Shown: positions 12,501 to 27,500 of the stretch, one piece after another
How the letters are laid out: each line of letters begins with the position of its first letter
Position numbering within the stretch: the stretch's first letter is position 1
DNA from: Glycera tridactyla
Taxonomy: Eukaryota
Assembly: GCA_965644265.1 (NCBI GenBank)
Contig: OZ286471.1
Coordinates: forward strand, 46,934,001 to 46,998,000
Direction of reading: 5' to 3'
Length of the DNA: 64,000 bases
Notes under the pieces: model-generated
What the model was told of the DNA's origin: nothing
The model's database searches: none
What the model saw: the letters and a program-made list of their open reading frames with translations, nothing else
Program-made: the position numbers and the translations under genes

Positions 12501-15500
12501 CAATGCAGCGAATCCACCCTTGTTGCATCAACATTAGTAACAGAGGCATCCTCATCGGCATCACCCAGGCCAACCATACTTCCAACACAGCAAGTCACTC
12601 TACCAGGTAATATACCTCTGGCACCTATATCATGAAGTTTCTGGCCATTTTCTAAAGGCATTAGGTGATTTTATACGAATGCAAACCCATACTACATCTG
12701 TCACAAAAAAGATTGCTTGTCGCTTCTGTGACTGCATGATCTGGAATTGCCATTTGGAGCCTGTTATCCAAAAATGCACTGGTTCATAAGTGATGGTTAA
12801 TATCTCTGATAAGTCACTGAGGTGAATCGGTCACCAATAATGACCAATGTCCGTCTTTGATTGGTCGCATATTCTTCCCTCCTCTTCCAAACAGTATTTA
12901 CTCAGCACTCCCTTTGATCTACAATATTTTGGAATTGGATACACTGTATCATCCAACAATATGTACTTCAATCTTGAGAAGCCATTTAGTATCTCCGCAA
13001 TACTTCATGCTTCAAACAGACCGCTTTTTTGGATTAGTTGAAGAATATTGTCCAAAACATATGTAGTTCTCCCCTTTAGGAATTTCAGGCAATCAATTGC
13101 TCCTAACTCGCTCGATTTATCAGTTTCACTTTCTACAGAAAATACAACCATCACAGATTCCGTGGACTCCATTGCCTTATCCATGATATATTTCATGGGT
13201 TTATTCACTGCATTTTCCAGATGGTTGCTATATACCTACAGTGGGTGGAACTGCCAATGGTGCTAGCTGTGTCTTTCCATTTTTCTACGGAGGTGACAAA
13301 TACTGGCAATGTACTGTCGTGAAGAGCAACAACCGGGCATGGTGTTCTACAACTACCTTCTATGATGTTGACAAAAAATGGGGCAATTGTTTAGGTAGGC
13401 AAGTTGGTAATAGACTGCTTGTTTTGTTGTGAACTCAACTTGTTACTGTGAATTTGAATTTCATGCTGAGTGTTCCATTAATATATTGAGTTTGTGATGT
13501 ACATATATCTGGACCTGAAGTTTGTGAGTTGATTCCGAAAGTTCAGAGAGTATCTTTGAAGCAGTCCTGCATGGCACTGATAAGTAACTGAGATAATGGT
13601 AACCGAAACATTCTTACATCCGATCATTGATTGTTACTCAATTCAACAGTGTGTGGTTATGATATGTAGAATCTCATTGAAGCAATTTGCAACTGTAAAA
13701 TTGAATTGCAAATTCACCAATTGACCATTTTCTGCATACTGCCTGCTCTACATTTTCCTAGATCTCAAATGCAGCGAATCCACCCTTGTTGCATCAACAT
13801 TAGTAACAGAGGCATCCTCATCGGCATCACCCAGGCCAACCATACTTCCAACACAGCAAGTCACTCTACCAGGTAATATGCCTCTGGCACCTATATCATG
13901 AAATTTCTGGACATTCTCACAAATGCATCAGGTGATAATATACGAACGCAAACCCATATCACATCAGTCAAAAAACAGATTGTTTGCCCCTCCTGTGACT
14001 GCATGATCTGGAATTGCCATGTGGAGCCTGTTATCCAAAAATGCACTAGTTCATAAGTGATGGTAAATGTCTCTGGAATGTCACTGAGGCGAATTGGTCA
14101 CCAATAATGACCAATGTCTATCTGTAATTGGTCGCATATTCTTCCCTCCTCTTCCAAACAGTATTTACTCAGCACTCCCTTTGATCTACAATATTTTTGA
14201 TTTGGATACACTGTATCATCCATCAATATGTACTTCAATCTTGAGAAGCCATTTAGTATCTCCGCAATACTTCATGCTTCAAACAGACCGCTTTTTTGGA
14301 TTAGTTAAAGAATATTGTCCAAAACATATGTAGTTCTCCCCTTTAGGAATTTCAGGCAATCAATTGTTCCTAACTCACTCGATTTATCAGTTTCGGTTTC
14401 TACAGCAAATACAACCATCACAGATTGCGTGGACTCCATTGCCTTATCCATGATATATTTCATGGGTTAAATCACTGCATTTTTCAGATGGTTGCTATAT
14501 ACCTACAGTGGGTGGAAGTGCCAATGGTGCTAGCTGTGTCTTTCCATTTTTCTACGGAGGTGACAAATACTGGCAATGTACTGTCGTGAAGAACAACAAC
14601 CGGGCATGGTGTTCTACAACTACCTTCTATGATGTTGACAAAAAATGGGGCAATTGTTTAGGTAGGCAAGTTGGTAATAGACTGCTTGGTTCGTCGTGAA
14701 CTCAACTTGTTACTGTGAATTTTAATTTCATGCTGAGTGTTCCATGAATATATTGAGTTTGTGATGCACATATATCTGGACCTGAAGTTTGTGAGTTGAT
14801 TCCGAACGTTCAGAGAGTATCTTTGAAGCAGTCCTGCATGGCACTGATGATTAACTGAGATAATGGTAACCGAAACATTCTCACATCCGATCGTTGATTG
14901 TTACTCGATTCAACAGTGTGTGATTATGATATGTAGAATCTCATTGAAGCAATTTGCAACTGTAAAATTTAATTGCACATTCACCAGTTGACCATTTCCT
15001 GCATACTGCATGCTCTACATTTTCCTAGATCTCAAATGCAGCGAATCCACCCTTGTTGCATCAACATTAGTAACAGAGGCATCCTCATCGGCATCCCCCA
15101 GGCCAACCATACTTCCAACACAGCAAGTCACTCTACCAGGTAATATACCTCTGGCAGCTATATCATGAAGTTTCTGGCCATTCTCTAACGGCATTAGGTG
15201 ATTTTATACGAATGCAAACCCATACTACATCTGTCACAAAAAAAATTGTTTGTCGCTTCTGTGACTGCATGATCGGGAATTGCCATTTGGAGCCTGTTAT
15301 CCGAAAATGCACTAGTTCATAAGTGATAGTCAATGTCTCTGGAATGTCACTGAGGCGAATTGGTCACCAATGATGACCAATGTCTATGTGTAATTGGTCG
15401 CAGATTCTTCCCTCCTCTTCCAAACAGTATTCACTCGGCACTCCCTTTGATCTACAACATTGTGGAATTGGATAAACTGTATCATCCAACATTATGCACT

Positions 15501-18500
15501 TCAATCTTGAAAAGCCATTGAGATTCTTCGCAATACTTCATGCTTCAAACAGACCGCTTTTTTGGATTGGTTAAAGAATATTGTCCAAAACATATGTAGT
15601 TCTCCCCTTTAGGAATTTCAGGCAATCAATTGCTCCTAACTCGCTCGATTTATCAGTTTCACTTTCTACAGAAAATACAACCATCACAGATTGCATGGAC
15701 TCCATTGCCTTATCCATGATATATTTCATGGGTTTATTCACTGCATTTTCCAGATGGTTGCTATATACCTACAGTGGGTGGAACTGCCAATGGTGCTAGC
15801 TGTGTCTTTCCATTTTTCTACGGAGGTGACAAATACTGGCAATGTACTGTCGTGAAGAACAATAACCGGGCATGGTGTTCTACAACTACCTTCTATGATG
15901 TTGACAAAAAATGGGGCAATTGTTTAGGTAGGCAAGTTGGTAATAGTGTAATCCTTCCAATATGACAATGGAATTAAACCAGTCATCCGACAGGCTTGTA
16001 GGAGTATTCCCTCCTCTTCCTTAAGATGCAACCTTGGCAAGAAGCTTATATCTGATTAAATTACCATTATCAAGAACAGCAGGAAGCAATGTAAAGGTTA
16101 ACCGGGCTTTTACCCCATTTATCCCAATGTCAAAATAAATGGCATTGCTCCTGTGGATCGATGTTCACAAAAATATATACGTTGTACTAAAAGATGTTAA
16201 AATGCGCGATCAGTATCACATGTTGAATCCCATTGTTTGCCAGCTCTAATGAAACCATAATTCTATAAAGACATCTCTTTCATCACACAGGGAACTCAAT
16301 TGTTGGTTCAAAAGTATAAGATGACACATAAATAGAGTTGTAGATACATATTTTAATTTGTATAAGTTCACATAGTAGGTAGGTTGTAAATGATAGATCA
16401 TAAATTGAATGAAGCAAAATAGATTATCACGGTATCAATTAGACAAAAAGTCAGTTATACTCATGATGCAATAAATAAATTCATTTCAAACATTCAGATC
16501 TGAATCATATACATATATGACAAGTATGGATGAACTCGTGTTACATAAATACCAGTGATATATCAGAATTATTCAACTCACGACATACACATACACAGGA
16601 TATTCATGTCTAAATGACAAAGTGAGGTACCTCAATGAGTTATACAAGTACACACTCAAATAGTCACAAAATTGAGCTCAAACCCTTTTATAGTACTATC
16701 TTCTTTCTTGTTCCATCGTTGACTTGGGCGCTTGAGAAGTGGCCACTGCAGCTAGCTAGAAATATAAACAAAGTCAAAGACACTGTGTCTAGATAGTTAG
16801 TGCACTTTAGATATATGACTTTAAAAGTTTGGGTTAAAGACCCACGATGCAAGACCGACTTTAAAAGTTAATATAGTGGTGGCCACCTAGTTGCACATGT
16901 GATGACGAACTTTGGTTATATATCCATATCAGCTAGAGAATGATGGTAGCTGATACTAGAACGCGTATCATTGATGGAAGTAGAAGTAAAGAGGAGACAT
17001 CATTCCTCTCGAGTGAAGTAGCTTATCTCGTAAAGATAGCTAACAGCATCTCACCGTGTGAAGAGATTATGTCCTACACATCTCCCATGTGTATAGTGCG
17101 TTTAACACACTAAGGAATATGTAGATGACGGCTAGGCATATCCGCCTATATTAGTAGATTCCCATAAGCCTGGGAGGCGACGTGGGAATGGAGTGGCCTG
17201 AAGAGTACGCACCTCTTCGATTTTACGACATCTCAGACGCGCTGGTCGCTGCAAGAAGATAAAAAAAAGTCTCCTACCAACTTGTCCAAGTATCATAAAG
17301 AAAAGTTTTAATTCAAAAAGTATCTTTAAACAACTCTAAGTTTTATTTATGTTTGTTGCGTGCACTTAGTTACTTGCAGTTGCCAGATCTATTATAGTGG
17401 GAAGGCAGGATCCCACTCTATTCCCCACTAACTAAATAGCATAAGAATTTAACTTACAAGTTACCATTTATCGAGTTACTAGAAATATTTCAACATTCAG
17501 TTGAAGAGATTGTCAAAAGACAATCAGCAAGTATCACCGTTGAAAAGAAATCTCAATGCACTTAAGCCATTATCAACGGAGCAGGCACTGAGCCAACTAA
17601 GTTAACCAATCAATGAACAAGGCATTAAAATATCATCAGCTGTATCAGAGAGAGCTAAGTTCACGGGGAATGAACTAGAAAGGTGAAAACACCAAGTCCT
17701 CTCTCAGTCAGCTGGGATCATGATGCAGCAGCAATACAGCGAAAAAGTTGAAGTCCAACTGTCTGCATGAAAAGAGCAAGCACGCTTTTCAAAATCAAAA
17801 ATAGTTAAGTCCTCATCAAATCAAATTCAAAAATTTGAATAAATTCTAAGTTAAGAATCCAAGATAGAGAAATCAATCTATTCAGAACAGGTGGTCTTTG
17901 TAGACAGTATCAGATAAAGTCACCACTCACCGAAGCAAGAGGCAAGATCTGAAATCAACCCAAGTTCCCCCTCCCTTACACTGTGAGTATGACCTACCTA
18001 ACATAGACCGGAACGAACTAAGTCACAGCTGCAACAGCAGCGGGGTCTAAGTTCCGATCTACCAAGTCCGTGCTAAGTTCGAATTCTAAAATTCACCAAA
18101 TCCCAATTTCAACTCATTTCAAGCCATTTGGTAATGTCTAAAGTCGAAATTAGTCATGTAATTCCAGAAATATAAGAGCGAAATGCATTTACATGCAGTC
18201 CCATATGTCACAAACCTCAAACACAAATGTGCTTACTAGGTAAGACCATGAGTAAGTCCGGTAAGCATCGTGCTGAGTTTCAGTCAACGCGCTAAGTCCG
18301 CGCTGTCAAATCACAAATAGCGCTAAAGCCAGCACACTGAAGTTCTACAAAAGCAATCCGCACATAACGAGAAACAGTTCCGATCAATTCTAAAGCATCT
18401 AAAAGCTTTTATCCAAAAGTGATAAAGTTTCAAACTTGTTGAAAAGTGTAAAGTGGATCGGAGGCTCAAAGTGAGGCTCATACATGTGGCGGATGGAAAT

Positions 18501-21500
18501 CCAAAATGGCGGATTGTTTACATCTGACCGATCAGTCAGAAACAGCTGTTCATTCCAGATCGCTCAGAAAGTGTTCCGGAGCTCAAATGACAGCGCATTG
18601 CAGCTTATTCATTACGAGAGCAAAACAATTACAAATATAGCCGTTTGAAGGTCTAAAATCAATTCAAAAGAATTTTCCTTCGAAAATACAGCCCAACGTG
18701 ATGTCGCAGATCATATAGACCAAAAATCTCACGGTGGTCACATGTGACAGGTTGGTCTCAATACGGAGGTTCCCTCAAAAAAGTAGGTCACGGGACTTAG
18801 GGACATCACACAAGACTAAGCAAGCTTAGGACGGGTCCGTGCTTAGGATATACGGCGCTTAGGACAGAAATCAAGCTTATCAGAGTGGACCTCCTCTGAA
18901 AAAGTCTAAATTCAGGCCGGGCACATGAATCACAAGCAGGCACTACGTGTAAACAAAACAAGTCTCGGTTTGTCGTCTCCCCTACATGTCTATTACAAGT
19001 ACGAGCACCAAAAACATTTCACCGGATCTTCAATTGACAAATACGACAGTTGTGGTCATGGAAATTGAAATACCATCAAACTAGCACTTGATCGTTTATA
19101 AACAAGCTTGTTGCAAGCCGAAATAAATTCAGAATACTGAAATTGAAGCATATTTGATCGGTCGATTAATCGATTAATCGATCGGTTAACCGTCAAAGAA
19201 TTTCAGATTTTCACACCATATGAACGACGTTAGATTATTACCTTCTCAAAACAAGCCGTTTCAATGAAAATACGTTTTTCAATAAAGTATTTCACTCGGA
19301 AAAGAAAAGATTGACTGGATCTCTATTCATATGATCAGGGAAGCTAAAGAAAACAGATCAGCTGTGTGTGCTATTTACGAAACCAGCAGCAGAGTTCACC
19401 TCAGCGGTGACCTGGTTAGTACACATGACAGCGAGCTGCCATTGTCATACCGAGATAGGCATGTTCATTTCAACTCAGCCCACATGGACTGGTAGAGTAG
19501 CCGGGTCTAAAAACACACAGATTCAGAGAGAAAAGACACAGTCGTCTCTGCTGATATTTCAACTGAAAATGATCTTACAGAAATATTCCTTTCACAATAT
19601 TATTCCTATAGGGAAATCCCGTGAATATAATTGAATTTTGAATGATTCAATCATCTAATTCACACAGAAATCCGAAATATTACACAAATGATCAGAATCT
19701 GATCGGTAGGAGCTATATTGAGACGTGTTAGCAGTTCATACACACAGCTTCCCTCACCCGGAGGATTCAGTGAGTCCAAGCGTTAAATACTATATTACGA
19801 ATTCCTGCATAGCCCTGTTCCACCCAAACAGGCGTACTGCACCGGGAACAACGCAGGAGGAACACGGCATAGTTCCACGCAGTTCCACTTGTTCCAAAAT
19901 CACCGGAACAGCACAGGGAATTTACAGAAACAGATAGAACTACCAATATCCGCGAGAATTATCAGCTAGTTGTTTGGATCAGGACGGCATTTATGGAACA
20001 AAATCCTATCATCCAAAATGATCCAAAATCATCCAAAAACATGCAAATTCTAGATTTTGACCACGTATGCTCGAAAGATGGTACATTCAATACAAAACAC
20101 GGAAGATCCGATGACATGAAATGGCATGATACTAAAAATGGCCATTTGGGCAAATGGGGAAAATGACTCCTAATAAAGCCTCCTAAAAGGATCCTAAAAC
20201 ATTTCTAAATCTCATGAACACTTACTGGATGTAGTAGAGCTCAGGACGATATAGTGGAGTCCATAGTTTCTATTCCAGTGCAGCGATACTGGAGAAGCAA
20301 GATGTTCTCTGCTCCCGACTCCCTCAGCTCCGGTGCGTACTCTTCAGGACAGAATTTCCAAGTGCCAGAACTCCTGTCTGGAATACTTTTATGTATCCGT
20401 CCTGAAGAGCCAGCAAAGAGCGGGAAAAAAGAGCGGGAGAAGCGATGTCAAGCTCCCCGAGTCAGCTACCTCGAAAGTATTCGCTCGAGACTTTTCTAGA
20501 TCGATTACAGAAGATTTTCTGAGAAAACATGTACATTGCATGTACATTGCAGATCACTTTCCTCCTGCGCGACTCCGAGCTCCTCCTGCTCAGGGAGTCG
20601 TTCACTATACTGTGTGATCAACTATGTTGGCAAAAAACCATCCGATAAACGGCCTATCCCACGGACTAACAATTTTGCCTCAAAAGATACACTTCCCATC
20701 TTCGGGATATCTTCAGCCCTAATACAGATACGTATCGTGTTAAAATATGGTCCCCCTACGTCCATTATTCATGAAGATATCGCATTTCTACTGTTTCACC
20801 CTAGAAACACTGCAAGCTGGGCACCCACCGCGAACGGCGATTCCACTGCGTGTAACTCGAGCTCTAGTTGCCACACCAACAACCAGATAGGTGAAACAAC
20901 TAATATTAGAAAACTAACAAGATTGCCACTGTTTTTCAACTAATAGAAGTGAAACTATCTCATGCTTCTGGAGTAGGAAGGGATAAATATAATTCTAGTA
21001 GCGTTAAACTAGTGCCGCGGGCCTCAAAAGAGGAATTCCGCGAATTCCGCTACCAGAAATCCCTATATTGTTCATGTTATTCTAACAAACGTCACATGTT
21101 CAAAAACGTGGCGTTACAATAGACTGCTTGTTTTGTTGTGAACTCAACTTGTTACTGTGAATTTGAATTTCATGCTGAGTGTTCCATGAATATATTGAGT
21201 TTGTGATGCACATATATCTGGACCTGAAGTTTGTGAGTTGATTCCGAAAGTTCAGAGAGTATCTTTGAAGCAGTCCTGCATGGCACTGATAAGTAACTGA
21301 GATAATGGTAACCAAAACATTCTTACATCCGATCATTGATTGTTACTCAATGCAACAGTGTGTGGTTATGATATGTAGAATCTCATTGAAGCAATTTGCA
21401 ACTGTAAAATTGAATTGCACATTCACCAATTGACCATTTTCTGCATACTGCCTGCTCTACATTTTCCTAGATCTCAAATGCAGCGAATCCACCCTTGTTG

Positions 21501-24500
21501 CATCAACATTAGTAACAGAGGCATCCTCATCGGCATCACCCAGGCCAACCATACTTCCAACACAGCAAGTCACTCTACCAGGTAATATGCCTCTGGCACC
21601 TATATCATGAAATTTCTGGACATTCTCACAAATGCATCAGGTGATAATATACGAACGCAAACCCATATCACATCAGTCAAAAAACAGATTGTTTGCCCCT
21701 CCTGTGACTGCATGATCTGGAATTGCCATGTGGAGCCTGTTATCCAAAAATGCACTAGTTCATAAGTGATAGTCAATGTCTCTGGAATGTCACTGAGGCG
21801 AATTGGTCACCAATAATGACCAATGTCTATCTGTAATTGGTCGCATATTCTTCCCTCCTCTTCCAAACAGTATTTACTCAGCACTCCCTTTGATCTACAA
21901 TATTTTGGATTTGGATACACTGTATCATCCAACAATATGTACTTCAATCTTGAGAAGCCATTTAGTATCTCCGCAATACTTCATGCTTCAAACAGACCGC
22001 TTTTTTGGATTAGTTAAAGAATATTGTCCAAAACATATGTAGTTCTCCCCTTTAGGAATTTCAGGCAATCAATTGCTCCTAACTCGCTCGATTTATCAGT
22101 TTCACTTTCTACAGAAAATACAACCATCACAGATTGCATGGACTCCATTGCCTTATCCATGATATATTTCATGGGTTTATTCACTGCATTTTCCAGATGG
22201 TTGCTATATACCTACAGTGGGTGGAACTGCCAATGGTGCTAGCTGTGTCTTTCCATTTTTCTACGGAGGTGACAAATACTGGCAATGTACTGTCGTGAAG
22301 AACAACAACCGGGCATGGTGTTCTACAACTACCTTCTATGATGTTGACAAAAAATGGGGCAATTGTTTAGGTAGGCAAGTTGGTAATAGACTGCTTGTTT
22401 TGTTGTGAACTCAACTTGTTACTGTGAATTTGAATTTCATGCTGAGTGTTCCATGAATATATTGAGTTTGTGATGCACATATATCTGGACCTGAAGTTTG
22501 TGAGTTGATTCCGAAAGTTCAGAGAGTATCTTTGAAGCAGTCCTGCATGGCACTGATAAGTAACTGAGATAATGGTAACCAAAACATTCTTACATCCGAT
22601 CATTGATTGTTACTCAATGCAACAGTGTGTGGTTATGATATGTAGAATCTCATTGAAGCAATTTGCAACTGTAAAATTGAATTGCACATTCACCAATTGA
22701 CCATTTTCTGCATACTGCCTGCTCTACATTTTCCTAGATCTCAAATGCAGCGAATCCACCCTTGTTGCATCAACATTAGTAACAGAGGCATCCTCATCGG
22801 CATCACCCAGGCCAACCATACTTCCAACACAGCAAGTCACTCTACCAGGTAATATGCCTCTGGCACCTATATCATGAAATTTCTGGACATTCTCACAAAT
22901 GCATCAGGTGATAATATACGAACGCAAACCCATATCACATCAGTCAAAAAACAGATTGTTTGCCCCTCCTGTGACTGCATGATCTGGAATTGCCATGTGG
23001 AGCCTGTTATCCAAAAATGCACTAGTTCATAAGTGATAGTCAATGTCTCTGGAATGTCACTGAGGCGAATTGGTCACCAATAATGACCAATGTCTATCTG
23101 TAATTGGTCGCATATTCTTCCCTCCTCTTCCAAACAGTATTTACTCAGCACTCCCTTTGATCTACAATATTTTGGATTTGGATACACTGTATCATCCAAC
23201 AATATGTACTTCAATCTTGAGAAGCCATTTAGTATCTCCGCAATACTTCATGCTTCAAACAGACCGCTTTTTTGGATTAGTTAAAGAATATTGTCCAAAA
23301 CATATGTAGTTCTCCCCTTTAGGAATTTCAGGCAATCAATTGTTCCTAACTCACTCGATTTATCAGTTTCGGTTTCTACAGCAAATACAACCATCACAGA
23401 TTGCGTGGACTCCATTGCCTTATCCATGATATATTTCATGGGTTAAATCACTGCATTTTTCAGATGGTTGCTATATACCTACAGTGGGTGGAACTGCCAA
23501 TGGTGCTAGCTGTGTCTTTCCATTTTTCTACGGAGGTGACAAATACTGGCAATGTACTGTCGTGAAGAACAACAACCGGGCATGGTGTTCTACAACTACC
23601 TTCTATGATGTTGACAAAAAATGGGGCAATTGTTTAGGTAGGCAAGTTGGTAATAGACTGCTTGGTTCGTCGTGAACTCAACTTGTTACTGTGAATTTTA
23701 ATTTCATGCTGAGTGTTCCATGAATATATTGAGTTTGTGATGCACATATATCTGGACCTGAAGTTTGTGAGTTGATTCCGAACGTTCAGAGAGTATCTTT
23801 GAAGCAGTCCTGCATGGCACTGATAAGTAACTGAGATAATGGTAACCGAAACATTCTCACATCCGATCGTTGATTGTTACTCGATTCAACAGTGTGTGAT
23901 TATGATATGTAGAATCTCATTGAAGCAATTTGCAACTGTAAAATTTAATTGCACATTCACCAGTTGACCATTTCCTGCATACTGCATGCTCTACATTTTC
24001 CTAGATCTCAAATGCAGCGAATCCACCCTTGTTGCATCAACATTAGTAACAGAGGCATCCTCATCGGCATCCCCCAGGCCAACCATACTTCCAACACAGC
24101 AAGTCACTCTACCAGGTAATATACCTCTGGCAGCTATATCATGAAGTTTCTGGCCATTCTCTAACGGCATTAGGTGATTTTATACGAATGCAAACCCATA
24201 CTACATCTGTCACAAAAAAAATTGTTTGTCGCTTCTGTGACTGCATGATCGGGAATTGCCATTTGGAGCCTGTTATCCGAAAATGCACTAGTTCATAAGT
24301 GATAGTCAATGTCTCTGGAATGTCACTGAGGCGAATTGGTCACCAATGATGACCAATGTCTATGTGTAATTGGTCGCAGATTCTTCCCTCCTCTTCCAAA
24401 CAGTATTCACTCAGCACTCCCTTTGATCTACAACATTGTGGAATTGGATAAACTGTATCATCCAACATTATGCACTTCTATCTTGAAAAGCCATTTTGTA

Positions 24501-27500
24501 TCTCCGCAATACTTCATGCTTCAAACAGACTGCTTTTTTGGATTGGTTAAAGAATATTGTACAAAACATGTGTAGTTCTCCCTTCTCGGAATTTCAGGCA
24601 ATCAATAGCTCCTAACTCGCTCGATTTATCAGTTTCACTTTCTACAGAAAATACAACTCGCTCGATTTATCAGTTTCACTTTCTACAGAAAATACAACCA
24701 TCACAGATTGCATGGACTCCATTGCCATCTCCATGATATATTTCATGGGTTCATTCACTACATTTTCCAGATGGTTGCTATATACCTACAGTGGGTGGAA
24801 CTGCTAATGGTGCTAGCTGTGTCTTTCCATTTTTCTACGGAGGTGACAAATACTGGCAATGTACTGTCGTGAAGAACAACAACCGGGCATGGTGTTCTAC
24901 AACTAGCTTCTATGATGTTGACAAAAGATGGGGCAATTGTTTAGGTAGGCAAGTTGGTAATAGACTGCTAGGTTCGTCGTGAACTCAACTTGTTACTGTG
25001 AATTTGAATTTCATGCTGAGTGTGCCATGAATATATTGAATTTGTGATGCACATATATCTGGACCTGAAGTTTGTGAGTTGATTCTGAACGTTCAGAGAG
25101 TATCTTTGAAGCAGTCCTGCATGGCACTGATGATTAACTGAGATAATGGTAACCGAAACATTCTCACATCCGATCGTTGATTGTTACTCGATTCAACAGT
25201 GTGTGATTATGATATGTAGAATCTCATTGAAGCAATTTGCAACTGTAAAATTGAATTGCACATTCACCAGTTGACCATTTCCTGCATACTGCCTGCTCTA
25301 CATTTTCCTAGATCTCAAATGCAGCGAATCCACCCTTGTTGCATCAACATTAGTAACAGAGGCATCCTCATCGGCATCACCCAGGCCAACTATACTTCCA
25401 ACACAGCAAGTCACTCTACCAGGTAAAAAGCCTCTGGCACCTATATCATGAAGTTTCTGGCCATTTTCTAACGGCATTAGGTGATTTTATACGAATGCAA
25501 ACCCATACTAAGTGATGGTTAATATCTCTGGAATGTCACTGAGGTGAATTGGTCACCAATAATGACCATGTCTGTCTGTAATTGGTCGCATATTCTTCCC
25601 TCCTCTTCCAAACAGTATTTACTCAGCACTCCCTTTGATCTACAATATTTTGGAATTGGATACACTGTATCATCCAACAATATGTACTTCAATCTTGAGA
25701 AGCCATTTAGTATCTCCGCAATACTTCATGCTTCAAACAGACCGCTTTTTTTGATTAGTTAAAGAATATTGTCCAAAACATATGTAGTGTTCCTATTTAG
25801 GAATTTCAGGCAATCAATTGCTCCTAACTCGCTCGATTTATCAGTTTCGGTTTCTACAGCAAATACAACCATCACAGATTGCGTGGACTCCATTGCCTTA
25901 TCCATGATATATTTCATGGGTTTATTCACTGCATTTTCCAGATGGTTGCTATATACCTACAGTGGGTGGAACTGCCAATGGTGCTAGCTGTGTCTTTCCA
26001 TTTTTCTACGGAGGTGACAAATACTGGCAATGTACTGTCGTGAAGAACAACAACCGGGCATGGTGTTCTACAACTACCTTCTATGATGTTGACAAAAAAT
26101 GGGGCAATTGTTTAGGTAGGCAAGTTGGTAAAAGACTGCTAGGTTCGTTGTGAACTCAGCTTGTTATTGTGGATTCTAATTTCATGCTGAGTGTGCTATG
26201 AATATATTGAATTCGTGATGCACATATATCTGGACCTGAAGTTTGTGAGTTGATTCCGAAAGTTCAGAGAGTATCTTTGAAGCAGTCCTGCATGGCACTG
26301 ATGAGTAACTGAGATAATGGTAACCGAAACATTCTCACATCCGATCGTTGATTGTTACTAGATTCAACAGTGTGTGATCATGATATGTAGAATCTCATTG
26401 AAGCAATTTGCAACTGTAAAATTGAATTGCACATTCACCAGTTGACCATTTCCTGCATACTGCATGCTCTACATTTTCCTAGATCTCAAATGCAGCGAAT
26501 CCACCCTTGTTGCATCAACATTAGTAACAGAGGCATCCTCATCGGCATCCCCCAGGCCAACCATACTTCCAACACAGCAAGTCACTCTACCAGGTAATAT
26601 GCCTCTGGCACCTATATCATGAAGTTTCTGGACATTCTCACAAATGCATCAGGTGATAATATACGAACGCAAACCCATATCACATCAGTCAAAGAAAAAG
26701 ATTGTTTGCTGCTCCTGTGACTGCATGATCTGGAATTGCCATGTGGAGCCTATTATCCAAAAATGCACTAGTTCATAAGTGATGGTAAATGTCTCTGGAA
26801 TGTCACTGAGGCGAATTGGTCACCAATACTGACCAATGTCTGTCTGTATATGGTTGCAGCTTCTTCCCTCCTCTTCCAAACAGTATTCACTCAGCACTCC
26901 CTCTGATCTACAACATTGTGGAATTGGATAAACTGTATCATCCAACATTATGCACTTCAATCTTGAAAAGCCATTCAGATTCTCCGCAATACTTCATGCT
27001 TCAAACAGACCACTTTTTTGGATTGGATAAAGAATATTGTCCAAAACATGTGTAGTTCTCCCTTCTCGGAATTTCAGGCAATCAATAGCTCCTAACTCGC
27101 TCGATTTATCAGTTTCACTTTCTACAGAAAATACAACCATCACAGATTGCATGGACTCCATTGCCATCTCCATGATATATTTCATGGGTTCATTCACTAC
27201 ATTTTCCAGATGGTTGCTATATACCTACAGTGGGTGGAACTGCCAATGGTGCTAGCTGTGTCTTTCCATTTTTCTACGGAGGTGACAAATACTGGCAATG
27301 TACTGTCGTGAAGAACAACAACCGGGCATGGTGTTCTACAACTACCTTCTATGATGTTGACAAAAAATGGGGCAATTGTTTAGGTAGGCAAGTTGGTAAT
27401 AGACTGCTTGGTTCGTCGTGAACTCAACTTGTTACTGTGAATTTTAATTTCATGCTGAGTGTTCCATGAATATATTGAGTTTGTGATGCACATATATCTG

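Noticed and set aside
19368-20943. ORFs inside the 5.2-kb insertion as transposase/gag/pol
   Set aside because: All are 135 aa or shorter and show no recognisable RT, integrase, DDE or zinc-knuckle motif.
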